From Mycolicibacterium smegmatis (GTDB lineage: Bacteria; Actinomycetota; Actinomycetes; Mycobacteriales; Mycobacteriaceae), in the NCBI RefSeq assembly GCF_001457595.1, contig NZ_LN831039.1, positions 990,001-1,022,000 of the forward strand: DNA of 32,000 nucleotides. The letters are read 5' to 3'. The position numbers and the translations under genes are program-made. Below, one piece after another: positions 1 through 7,887 of this stretch (positions are counted from its first letter, which is position 1; each line of letters begins with the position of its first letter). The notes below the pieces were generated by a model that ran no database searches, was not told where the DNA came from, and worked only from the letters and a program-made list of their open reading frames with translations.

Positions 1-306
1 CCTTATCGCTGAGCTGTGATGGATGACACGATCGTCAATAAGTGAGAGCGAGCTAACAGCATTCACGGGGAAATGTTCAAGCGATTGCAACGAAATTGAT
101 CATGATCCGACGGGCGCGTCCGCGACGGATTGCCGCGACGGAATATGATTTGAACTGCGATAACCAAGATCTGCGACGCCGCTGACGGGCCTTTCTTGCG
201 TCGAGGAATCTTTCGAAGCGCAACAAAAGTGGCAGCGGTCTCCCACGAGTGGCGGCGGCAGGTTAGAACACGTTCTATGGGCGCGGTCAACGCCGTCGCG
301 CGACAC

Positions 307-336
307 GGACGCCCACTCCTGTCGGAGCGGGCGTCC
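307..336 (-). terminator. Stem-loop about 100 nt downstream of the Mo-subunit gene; possible factor-independent terminator without a U-tract
   Basis: ggacgcccactcc-tgtc-ggagcgggcgtcc gives a 13-bp stem and 4-nt loop. The single A/C mismatch on the + strand becomes a G.U pair in the minus-strand RNA, so it folds best in the orientation of the operon ending at 439. No U-run follows. Confidence 0.35.
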
Positions 337-438
337 GATAGCTGATGTCAACCCGCCGAGGAGCGGCGTCCAATGCGCCCCGCGGGAAACGTGTACCGAC
401 TGTCGAAAAACAGCAAATGGTCTGCGTGGAGTGCGCGA

Positions 439-2604
439 TCACATCAACTTGTCGAGGGTGATCGGCAGATCGGTCATCCGGCGTCCGGTGGCGTTGAAGA
501 CGGCGTTGGCGACCGCCGCGGGTATCCCGACCACCACCAACTCGCCGATCCCCTTCACGCCGATCGGGTCGGCGATCAGATCCTCGCCCGGCAGGAACTC
601 CGCGTCGAGGTCGGGCACGTCGGCGTTGACCGGCACCAGGTAGTCGGACATGTTGGCGTTGACGATCCGTCCGTCGCGGTGATCGAGGTGAGTCGCCTCG
701 AGCAGCGCCGCCCCGATGCCCATCACCATGCCGCCGATGGCCTGGCTGTGCGCCAGCATCGGGTTCACGATGCGCCCGGCGTCGTAGCTCGCGAACATCC
801 GTCGCACGCGCACCGTGCCCAGTGCCTCGTCGACCGCGACCTCTGCGAAGACCGCGCCGAAAGAATGCATCGAGAACCTGTCGTGCGGGCCGTCCGGCGT
901 CCACTCCAGCTCGGCGGACAGTTCGTCGAGGCGGCGACGGCGCAGCAGCTCCTCGTACCGCTCGCCGCGGGCGGGTTCGCCGCGCGCGGCCATGCGGCCG
1001 TCGGCCACCTCGACGTCCGCGGGCGCCAGCCCGTGCAACGGCGACCCGGGATCGGTGACGGCCATGCGCACGAACCGGTCGCGCAGCATCATCCCTACGT
1101 TGTGGATCGACGAGCCCGCACTGGCCATCAGCCGGGATCCGGTCTGGGCCGGAGCCACCGGTAAGGCGCTGTCACCCAACTGGAACCGCACGCGATGCAG
1201 CGCGACACCGAGCGCGTCGGCGCCGACCTGGCTCATCGCGGTATAGGTACCGGGACCGATATCGCTCGCGCCGCACAGGATCTCGACGGTGCCGTCGTTA
1301 CGAACCCGTGCCGATGCGGCACACGGACTGACGAGCGTGACGAAGCTGGCCGCCGACACGCCCAACCCGATGAGCTGTCGGCCCTCCCGCACCGAGCGGG
1401 GCACGGGATTGCGTCGCGACCACCCGAACGCCGCTGCTCCTGATCGCAGGCACTCGGTGAGCCGACGGCTGGAGAACGGTAGATTGTCCGTCTGATCGCG
1501 TGTGGGTTCGTTGCGTACTCGCAGTTCGATCGGGTCCATCGCGAGCCGGTGCGCGAGGTCGTCCATCGCAGACTCCAGCGCGAAGTTGCCCGAAAGGTGC
1601 CCCGGGCCGCGCATCTGATTGCCGGGGTGGACGTCGAGTTCGACAGTGCGCAACGCCGAACGCATGTTGGGCGCCTGATACATGTAACTCGCCGCGCCGG
1701 TCACGTTGTCGACGTACGGGCTGTACCGGGACACCTCCACAGCGCCTTCGTGCACGATGGCGGTGATGCGGCCCGAGCGGTCGGCACCGATCGCGAGCCG
1801 CTGCCGGTTGCGTGGCCGGTATCCCGTGACGGCGTACAGATGCCTCCGGGTCAGCATCAGTTTGACCGGCCTCCGGACGTGGCGCGCCACATGTGCCGCG
1901 ATGGCCTGATGCGGCCACACCTGGCCGGCGTTGCCGAAGGCACCGCCGACGAACGGCGATATGACACGGACGTTCTCCGCCGGCACGCCCAGCGCGTCGG
2001 CGTACTGCTGGCGGGCCCCGCTGACGGATTGCACCTTGTCCCACACCGTCAGACGATCGCCCTCCCACCGTGCCACGACCGCGTTGATCTCCATCGGATT
2101 GTGGTTGTTGCGTTCCATCGAACAGCGCAGGTCGGTCACCACGGCCGACCCGCGCAGTGCCGCGTCGGCGTCGCCGCGCGAGTAATCCCGTGTGGGAGTC
2201 GGGTTTTGGTCGGAGGCGTCTGGAGCGTCCATGTCGGTCAGCTGCGGTTGTGTCGAGTAGCGGACCGCCACAAGGGATGCGGCGTGGGTCGCTGCCTCGA
2301 GCGTGGTCGCGACCACGACGGCCACCGCCTGCCCGAACGCGCAGACCTGCTGCGGATCGTATTTCAATGTCAGACCGTCGAAGTCGGTGATGACATCGAC
2401 CACCTCAGGTGCCCGCCTCGCCGCGTCGGTGTGGACGGCGTCCACCGCGCCACGAGCCACGGTGGCGCCGACCAGCACGGCGAACAGCGCGTCGGGAACC
2501 TCGGCGTCGGCGGCGTAGCGTGCCTGCCCGGTCACCTTGAGGCGTCCGTCGACACGGGGCACCGCACGTCCGGCAAGTGCCGGTGTGGCCTGCGGGGCGG
2601 TCAT
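439..2604 (-). CDS. Molybdopterin-binding large subunit of a xanthine-dehydrogenase-family aldehyde oxidoreductase (PaoC/YagR- or CoxL-like)
   Basis: 721-aa ORF. Its ATG overlaps the stop of the upstream FAD subunit (ATGA at 2601-2604). XDH-family-like GGxFG motif (SPFVGGAFGN). Third gene in the FeS-FAD-Moco order typical of PaoABC/YagTSR. Confidence 0.9.
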   Translation of the reverse strand: MTAPQATPALAGRAVPRVDGRLKVTGQARYAADAEVPDALFAVLVGATVARGAVDAVHTDAARRAPEVVDVITDFDGLTLKYDPQQVCAFGQAVAVVVATTLEAATHAASLVAVRYSTQPQLTDMDAPDASDQNPTPTRDYSRGDADAALRGSAVVTDLRCSMERNNHNPMEINAVVARWEGDRLTVWDKVQSVSGARQQYADALGVPAENVRVISPFVGGAFGNAGQVWPHQAIAAHVARHVRRPVKLMLTRRHLYAVTGYRPRNRQRLAIGADRSGRITAIVHEGAVEVSRYSPYVDNVTGAASYMYQAPNMRSALRTVELDVHPGNQMRGPGHLSGNFALESAMDDLAHRLAMDPIELRVRNEPTRDQTDNLPFSSRRLTECLRSGAAAFGWSRRNPVPRSVREGRQLIGLGVSAASFVTLVSPCAASARVRNDGTVEILCGASDIGPGTYTAMSQVGADALGVALHRVRFQLGDSALPVAPAQTGSRLMASAGSSIHNVGMMLRDRFVRMAVTDPGSPLHGLAPADVEVADGRMAARGEPARGERYEELLRRRRLDELSAELEWTPDGPHDRFSMHSFGAVFAEVAVDEALGTVRVRRMFASYDAGRIVNPMLAHSQAIGGMVMGIGAALLEATHLDHRDGRIVNANMSDYLVPVNADVPDLDAEFLPGEDLIADPIGVKGIGELVVVGIPAAVANAVFNATGRRMTDLPITLDKLM

Positions 2605-3575
2605 TGCACACCCGCGATGGTCTCGAGCTCACGGGCGACGGTGCGCTTGAGCAGTTCCACCTTGAATCCGTTCTCCGACAACGGCCGTGCGCCTTCAGCG
2701 GACAGGTCGGCCGCGGCGCGGATGGCGTCCGCGGTTGCCGGCCTGCCGGCCAGCGCGCGCTCCACCGCGGGCAGGCGCCACGGCACCGTGCCCACGCCGC
2801 CAGCCGCCACGCGGGCCGACCGGATCGTCGAGCCCTGTATGTCGAGCGCCACCGCGGCCGAACAGATCGCGAACTCGTACGACGTACGGTCGCGCACCTT
2901 GAGATATCCGGACCGGCGTGCCGGTGTCGCGGGAACCTCGACAGCGGTGATCAACTGACCCGGCCTCATGTTGTGCTCCTGCTCGGGCGTAGTCCCGGGC
3001 ACACGGTAGAAATCCGCGAGGCGAACAATGTTCTCTCCGTCGGTGTCCCGCAGCACCACCCGTGCGTCGAGTGCGGTCAGCGCGACCGCGAGATCGGACG
3101 GGTGGGTGGCCACGCACTGGTCACTGGTGCCCAGGATGGCGTGCGTGCGGTTGCGCCCGCCGATCGCCGGACAACCGCTTCCCGGTTCGCGGCGGTTGCA
3201 CGCGGACGTGACATCGCGAAAGTACAGGCAGCGTGGCCGTTGCATCAGATTGCCTCCGATGGAGGCCATGTTCCGCAGCTGAGCGGACGCGCTGAGGTTC
3301 AACGCCTCTGCGATGACGGGATATTCGGTGCGGACGACGGGATGCGCGGCCAGTTCGGACATCCGCACGAGTGCCCCGATGCGTAACCCGTCGCGGGTCA
3401 CGTCGATCGCGCGGTACGGCAGCGCGTTGATGTCGACGAGGGATTCCGGTCGCTCGACGGTTTCCCGCATCAGGTCGACAAGGGTGGTGCCGCCCGCGAC
3501 GTAGCGGCCGCCCGATCCGGCGGCGTTGAGGGCCGATCGTTCGTCGGCGGCCTTGGTGAAGGTGAACGGATGCAC
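2601..3575 (-). CDS. FAD-binding (CoxM/PaoB/YagS-like) subunit of the molybdoenzyme
   Basis: 324-aa ORF with a GTG start 3 nt after the FeS-subunit stop. N-terminal PCMH-type FAD-binding pattern (YVAGGTTLVDLM). Size and position fit the medium subunit. Confidence 0.9.
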   Translation of the reverse strand: MHPFTFTKAADERSALNAAGSGGRYVAGGTTLVDLMRETVERPESLVDINALPYRAIDVTRDGLRIGALVRMSELAAHPVVRTEYPVIAEALNLSASAQLRNMASIGGNLMQRPRCLYFRDVTSACNRREPGSGCPAIGGRNRTHAILGTSDQCVATHPSDLAVALTALDARVVLRDTDGENIVRLADFYRVPGTTPEQEHNMRPGQLITAVEVPATPARRSGYLKVRDRTSYEFAICSAAVALDIQGSTIRSARVAAGGVGTVPWRLPAVERALAGRPATADAIRAAADLSAEGARPLSENGFKVELLKRTVARELETIAGVQ

Positions 3576-3578
3576 GGA

Positions 3579-4196
3579 TCATTCCCCCTGACGTGCGACG
3601 GCGGCCACCGCGTCGACGATGTTGACGTAGGCTCCGCAGCGACAGATGTTGCCGCTCATCGATTCTCGGATCTCCTCGGGTGAATTGGCGTGGCCCTCCC
3701 GGATGCACGCGACGCCCGACATGATCTGGCCTGGCGTGCAATAGCCACACTGCAGCGCGTCGCGGTCGATGAACGCCTGCTGCAACGGATGCAGGCGGCC
3801 GTTGTCTTCCAGGCCCTCGATCGTGGTGATCTCGGCCCCGTCGTGCATGACCGCCAGGGTCAGGCACGACACCACACGTTCTCCGTTGAGATGGATGGTG
3901 CAGGCACCGCATGCGCCTTGGTCGCAGCCCTTTTTCGTGCCGGTGAGCCCGACGCGTTCACGCAGCATGTCCAGCAGCGAGGTGCGGTTGTCGACGTCGA
4001 CCACACGTTGCTCGCCGTTGATGCTCATCCGTACTGTGGTCGATTCTGCTTGGGGTTCAACATCTTGGGTGGAACAACTCGCGAGCAGCGGCAGGGTCAT
4101 CGCACCGCCGACCGTGATCGAGGCGCCGATGAACGTGCGTCGTCGGATCTGCCACGCAAGTGCTTCAGCGGTGTCGTGCGTTTCGTGTGTCGTCAC
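3579..4196 (-). CDS. [2Fe-2S]-binding small subunit (PaoA/YagT-like) with Tat signal and lipobox
   Basis: GTG at 4194-4196 preceded by AGGAGGAG. Twin-arginine motif QIRRRTFIG, hydrophobic region, then LLAS-C lipobox. Cys clusters CDQGACGAC...C and CGYCTPG / NICRCG match the two 2Fe-2S sites. The 307-aa track ORF (to 4502) is an upstream in-frame read-through, not the gene. Confidence 0.88.
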   Translation of the reverse strand: MTTHETHDTAEALAWQIRRRTFIGASITVGGAMTLPLLASCSTQDVEPQAESTTVRMSINGEQRVVDVDNRTSLLDMLRERVGLTGTKKGCDQGACGACTIHLNGERVVSCLTLAVMHDGAEITTIEGLEDNGRLHPLQQAFIDRDALQCGYCTPGQIMSGVACIREGHANSPEEIRESMSGNICRCGAYVNIVDAVAAVARQGE

Positions 4197-4373
4197 GTGC
4201 TCTCCTCCTGACGTCGGCGATGTCACGCGGACGACCGCCGATGTGCCAACCCTATGTACGTGACGGCGGGTCTCCCCGAAGCTCATAGGAAACACATATG
4301 AACATGGCAGGTGATGCCGATTCGGGTCACCGTCGGACTCCGATACGGTTGTGATGCAGCGTGATTCGCTGGT

Positions 4374-4688
4374 TCCCCAAATGAAGAGGTTGTCGTGCGC
4401 GATGAACCAGCGGGCGCGTTCCTCACCGGTCAGATCGGCGAGGTGCTCGAAACCGACGAAATACGCCTCACGTGGCGCACCGGGTGAAAACAACATCAGC
4501 AACGATGTCGGGGCGTCGGCCTCGTTGCGGAAGCCATGAATGCGCCCGGGCGGCGCGTAGGGAAAATCGCCCTGATTTCCATCGGCTCTACTACCGCCAG
4601 TCGTAGAGCCAGATTGGTACTTGACCCTGCCGAACGAGTCGGCGGTGACCAGCCTGGCCGCGGGCGGTCGTTCGGGGCGGCGGATAAC
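4374..4688 (-). pseudogene. Cupin-fold gene remnant (C-terminal half only, no usable start codon)
   Basis: My translation of the frame upstream of the FeS gene gives ...DGNQGDFPYAPPGRIHGFRNEADAPTSLLMLFSPGAPREAYFVGFEHLADLTGEERARWFIAHDNLFIWG. GDFPYAPPGRIHGFRN matches cupin motif 2, G-X5-P-X-G-X2-H-X3-N. There is an in-frame TAG at 4689-4691. No ATG/GTG/TTG lies between it and 4502. No motif 1 is visible. Confidence 0.45.
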
Positions 4689-4731
4689 CTAGCAGATATC
4701 AGAACGCTGGCTGGTGACGTCAGGAGGGCGC

Positions 4732-5484
4732 ATGAGGGCACTGCTGTCGCGCGAGGTCGGCGACGCGATCCGCGACTACATCGTCGAACACGGTCTCAAG
4801 CCGGGTGATGCCCTGCCGTCCGAGGGTGAGCTGGCGACGCTGCTCGACGTCGGAAAGACCTCGGTGCGCGAGGCGCTGCGCCGGCTGGAAGCGCACGGCG
4901 TCGTCGAGGTACGGCGGGGGAGGGGCCTGTTCGTCGGCACGTTCAGTTTCGGTCCGCTCATCGAGCACCTGCCGTACGGGCTGCAGGCCGACAACGTCCC
5001 GCTGCGCCAACTCCTGCAGGCGCGCCGTGCCCTGGAGGAGGGCCTGGTGTGCGAGGTCGCCAGGGTGATCACGGCCGAGGACCTCGACCGCCTCGACGCG
5101 CTCGTCGAGCAGATGCGGGCGCACACCGTCGACGGGCGGGTGCCCGCCGAGGTCGATCAGGCGTTTCACCAGGCGCTCTTCGCGCCACTCGGCAATCCGT
5201 TCGTGCTGCAGTTGATCGACGTCTTCTGGAGCATCTTCCGGCGTGCGTCGGACCGCATCGTTCTGGACCTGCGACGCCCCACCGCCGAGGACCATGCCGC
5301 GATCGTCGACGCGCTGCGCTCCGGCGACCGTGCCGCGATGACCGACGCCGTGGCCCGGCACTTCGAGGATCTGCAGCGCAGCCTCGACGCCGAAGTGAAC
5401 AGTCCGCTCGCGGACGAGGTGAACAGTCCGCTCGCGGACGAAGTGAAGAGTCCGCTCGCGGACGGAGCCGACGAACCCTCTTGA
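4732..5484 (+). CDS. GntR-family transcriptional regulator, FadR (FCD) subfamily
   Basis: N-terminal wHTH (GDALPSEGELATLLDVGKTSVREALRRLEAHGVVEVRRGRGLFV) plus an all-helical FCD-like C-terminal domain. The ATG at 4732 follows AGGAGG. An in-frame GTG at 4714 is an alternative start. Confidence 0.88.
   Translation: MRALLSREVGDAIRDYIVEHGLKPGDALPSEGELATLLDVGKTSVREALRRLEAHGVVEVRRGRGLFVGTFSFGPLIEHLPYGLQADNVPLRQLLQARRALEEGLVCEVARVITAEDLDRLDALVEQMRAHTVDGRVPAEVDQAFHQALFAPLGNPFVLQLIDVFWSIFRRASDRIVLDLRRPTAEDHAAIVDALRSGDRAAMTDAVARHFEDLQRSLDAEVNSPLADEVNSPLADEVKSPLADGADEPS
5392..5463. repeat. 3 x 24-bp in-frame tandem repeat at the 3' end of the GntR gene
   Basis: gaagtgaacagtccgctcgcggac / gaggtgaacagtccgctcgcggac / gaagtgaagagtccgctcgcggac. 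These encode EVNSPLAD-EVNSPLAD-EVKSPLAD. Confidence 0.95.
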
Positions 5485-5486
5485 TG

Positions 5487-5498
5487 TGACCTGGGTCA
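5487..5498. promoter_or_regulatory. Candidate GntR-type operator palindrome upstream of the MFS/lyase genes
   Basis: TGACC-TG-GGTCA has perfect 5-bp arms. It sits 3 nt after the GntR stop and 57 nt before the MFS ATG. A TANNNT hexamer (TAGCGT, 5504-5509) follows. Confidence 0.4.
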
Positions 5499-5554
5499 TG
5501 GAGTAGCGTCCGCCTGGACACCACATATCTGATATCCCATAAGTCAGGGGCGCC

Positions 5555-6958
5555 ATGGCCAACTCCAGAGCCGGTGAGGAATCGCTGACCCCCACGCAAT
5601 GGAAACAGTTCTTCGCTGCGTGGCTGGGCTACCTCCTCGATGGCTTCGACTTCCTGCTCATCACGCTCGTCCTCACCGAGGTCGCCGACGAATTCGACCT
5701 CGACCTGGTGACCGCGTCGACCCTGGTCAGCGCGGCCTTCGTGTCCCGCTGGTTCGGGGGCCTGCTGCTCGGCGCGATCGGCGACCGATTCGGCCGGCAA
5801 CCCGCGATGGTCATCAGCATCCTGTGCTTCTCGATCGGCAGCTTCCTGTGCGGTCTGTCGTGGGGGTACTGGTCGTTGTTCGTCTTCCGCGCGATCGTCG
5901 GCCTCGGCATGGCCGGCGAGTACGCCTCCAGCGTGACGTACGCGATGGAGTCCTGGCCCAAGCGATTCCGCAACCGGGCCAGCGGCGCGCTGCTGTCGGC
6001 CTATCCGATCGGTGTGGTGCTGGCCAGTCAGCTGTACGCGGTGGTGGTTCCGCATCTCGGATGGCGGTGGATGTTCTTCATCGGCCTGGTGCCCGCGTTC
6101 GTCGCATGGTGGATGCGGCGCACCCTGCCCGAGGCCCAGGAATGGCAGAGCAGCGTCGGCCGCAGCGGGGCAACCCGCACCACCATGCAGCTGTTGTTCA
6201 GCGGCGGCAGGCGACAACTCAACATCGGCGTCACCGTTGTCGCGGTCGCGGTACTGGTACTCATCTTCAGCCGCACCGTCACCGGCCTGGGTGTCTGGCC
6301 GCTCGCGGTGATCGCCGCGGCCTGCTTCTACGCACTCGCGCGTCAGATCGCCGGGACGCTCACGCCGATGTTCGTCATGCTCGTCGTGACCGTCCTGGCC
6401 GCGTTCCTGTACTCCTGGCCGACACAATCGCTGCTGCCCACCTATCTCAAGACCGAACTGCACTTCGACCCCGCCCAGGTGAGCCGTGTCCTGTTGTGGG
6501 CCGGCCTGGGATACGCTGCGGGATCGGTGATCTCGGGCGTGATCGCCGACCGGTTGGGTACCCGGCGCACCTACGTGCTCGGGCTGGTGATCTCCCTGGC
6601 GTTCGTGGTGCCGGTGTTCGCCCTCGACGGTGCGCACATCGTGTGGCTGTGGGTGCTGATCTTCGGGCTGCAGTTCACCAGCCAGGGCATCTCAGGGCTG
6701 CTGCCGAAGTTCCTGTCCGACCACCTACCGGTCAACGTGCGGGCGAGTTCGCTCGGATTCTGTTACAACATAGGTGCTTTGGGTGGTGCGGTCGCGCCCA
6801 TCGCGGGTGCGTCCATCGCGGAATCGATCGGCCTGGGCAACGCACTGATGGTGCTCACATTGAGCTTCACCACCCTGTTGGCCATCCTCGTCGGCTTCGA
6901 CATACCCCGGCGGTTCGCCCCGAAGGATCTCGAGAAGGAAGAGGGGGTTTCGGTATGA
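5555..6958 (+). CDS. MFS transporter resembling the sialic-acid/H+ symporter NanT
   Basis: 467 aa and multi-TM. The N-terminal third (WKQFFAAWLGYLLDGFDFLLITLVLTEV...SAAFVSRWFGGLLLGAIGDRFGR...GMAGEYASSVTYAMESWPKRFRNRASG) closely resembles E. coli NanT as I remember it. Confidence 0.85.
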   Translation: MANSRAGEESLTPTQWKQFFAAWLGYLLDGFDFLLITLVLTEVADEFDLDLVTASTLVSAAFVSRWFGGLLLGAIGDRFGRQPAMVISILCFSIGSFLCGLSWGYWSLFVFRAIVGLGMAGEYASSVTYAMESWPKRFRNRASGALLSAYPIGVVLASQLYAVVVPHLGWRWMFFIGLVPAFVAWWMRRTLPEAQEWQSSVGRSGATRTTMQLLFSGGRRQLNIGVTVVAVAVLVLIFSRTVTGLGVWPLAVIAAACFYALARQIAGTLTPMFVMLVVTVLAAFLYSWPTQSLLPTYLKTELHFDPAQVSRVLLWAGLGYAAGSVISGVIADRLGTRRTYVLGLVISLAFVVPVFALDGAHIVWLWVLIFGLQFTSQGISGLLPKFLSDHLPVNVRASSLGFCYNIGALGGAVAPIAGASIAESIGLGNALMVLTLSFTTLLAILVGFDIPRRFAPKDLEKEEGVSV

Positions 6959-7887
6959 CCCGAGAATTGACCTCAGATCTGGCGGGCATCATCCCGCCGC
7001 TGACCACACCGCTCACGGCCGACGGCGACGTCGACACCGCGTCGCTGGAACGTCTGTGCGGGTTTTTGCTCGACGCAGGCGTCGACGGACTCTTCGTCTG
7101 TGGGTCCTCGGGTGAGGTGGCGTTGCTGTCGGACGCCCAACGCGCCAAGGCTATCCAGGTCGCCGCCGGTGCGGCGTCGGGTCAGGTGCCGGTGCTCGGG
7201 GGCATCATCGACACCGGCACGGCGCGGGTCGTCGACCACGCTCTCGCGGCCCAGAAAGCCGGTGCCGACGCCGTCGTGGCGACGCCGCCGTTCTACGTCG
7301 CACCGCATGCCGACGAGGTGATCCGGCACTACCGGCTGATCGCCGCTGCGGTCGACGTACCCGTGGTGGCCTACGACATTCCCAGCGCCACCCACTCACC
7401 GCTGACGCGATCCGTCGTCGCGCAGCTCGCGGGCGAGAAAACCGTTGCCGCGCTCAAGGATTCGAGCGGTGACCTGGACGGATTCCGTGCTCACCTGGCG
7501 GCGAACGCCGACACGGGGCTGCGGGTGTTCACCGGGTCGGAGACCATGACCGATGTGGCGCTGAACCTGGGTGCACACGGCGCGGTGCCTGGCCTGGCCA
7601 ACGTCGACCCGCACGGCTACGTCCGGATCCGCCAGGCCGCGCGTGCCGGCGACTGGGCCACCGCGGCGTCCGAACAGGAGCGGCTGCGGCGCATCTTCGC
7701 GATCGTCGACGTCGCGGACCGCAGCCGGATCGGCTTCACCGCGGGTGCGCTCGGCGCGTTCAAGGCCGCCCAGTACTTGCGCGGTGTCATCGACACGCCG
7801 CGGTGCGCCGATCCGCTGCTCCCGCTGGAGAGCAGCGAGATCGACGCCGTGCGAACCATTCTCGAGCGCGAGGGCGTCCTCGGCTAG
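6955..7887 (+). CDS. DHDPS / N-acetylneuraminate-lyase family class I aldolase (substrate unknown)
   Basis: The ATG overlaps the MFS stop (ATGA, 6955-6958). Family motifs are CGSSGE, VAYDIP and the Schiff-base lysine context ALKDSSG. Only the last 310 aa of track ORF 5599..7887 are real. Confidence 0.85.
   Translation: MTRELTSDLAGIIPPLTTPLTADGDVDTASLERLCGFLLDAGVDGLFVCGSSGEVALLSDAQRAKAIQVAAGAASGQVPVLGGIIDTGTARVVDHALAAQKAGADAVVATPPFYVAPHADEVIRHYRLIAAAVDVPVVAYDIPSATHSPLTRSVVAQLAGEKTVAALKDSSGDLDGFRAHLAANADTGLRVFTGSETMTDVALNLGAHGAVPGLANVDPHGYVRIRQAARAGDWATAASEQERLRRIFAIVDVADRSRIGFTAGALGAFKAAQYLRGVIDTPRCADPLLPLESSEIDAVRTILEREGVLG

Noticed and set aside
1549-2958. 469-aa plus-strand ORF opposite the Moco and FAD subunit genes (similar long shadow ORFs at 373-1164, 13150-14358, 18136-19620, 20371-21417, 22934-24052, 25634-26497, 26827-27621, 27522-28520 and 28620-29411)
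   Set aside because: All are antisense or out of frame relative to genes with clear motifs. They have Arg/Gly/Pro-dominated composition, no motifs, and no SD or start context.
4496-4741. 81-aa minus-strand ORF upstream of the cupin remnant, considered as a possible intact small gene
   Set aside because: Ser/Pro/Arg/Ala-rich translation without features. At most it contains a frameshifted piece of the decayed cupin gene.
5069-6637. 522-aa minus-strand ORF overlapping the GntR and NanT-like genes
   Set aside because: Extremely Arg/Pro/Gly/Ala-rich low-complexity translation, antisense to two genes with strong family signatures.
5599-6954. Upstream 452 aa of track ORF 5599..7887, and likewise the upstream parts of 25450..27630 and 17210..18148
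   Set aside because: These are out-of-frame read-throughs across the preceding MFS or DinB genes. The real proteins start at overlap start codons (ATGA/GTGA) where the family-typical N-termini begin.
4689-7887. Calling the GntR/NanT-like/lyase module a complete sialic-acid (nan) operon
   Set aside because: No nanK, nanE, nagA or nagB equivalents are present. The lyase cannot be assigned to NAL versus other DHDPS-fold enzymes from motifs alone. It is reported as a finding with open substrate instead.
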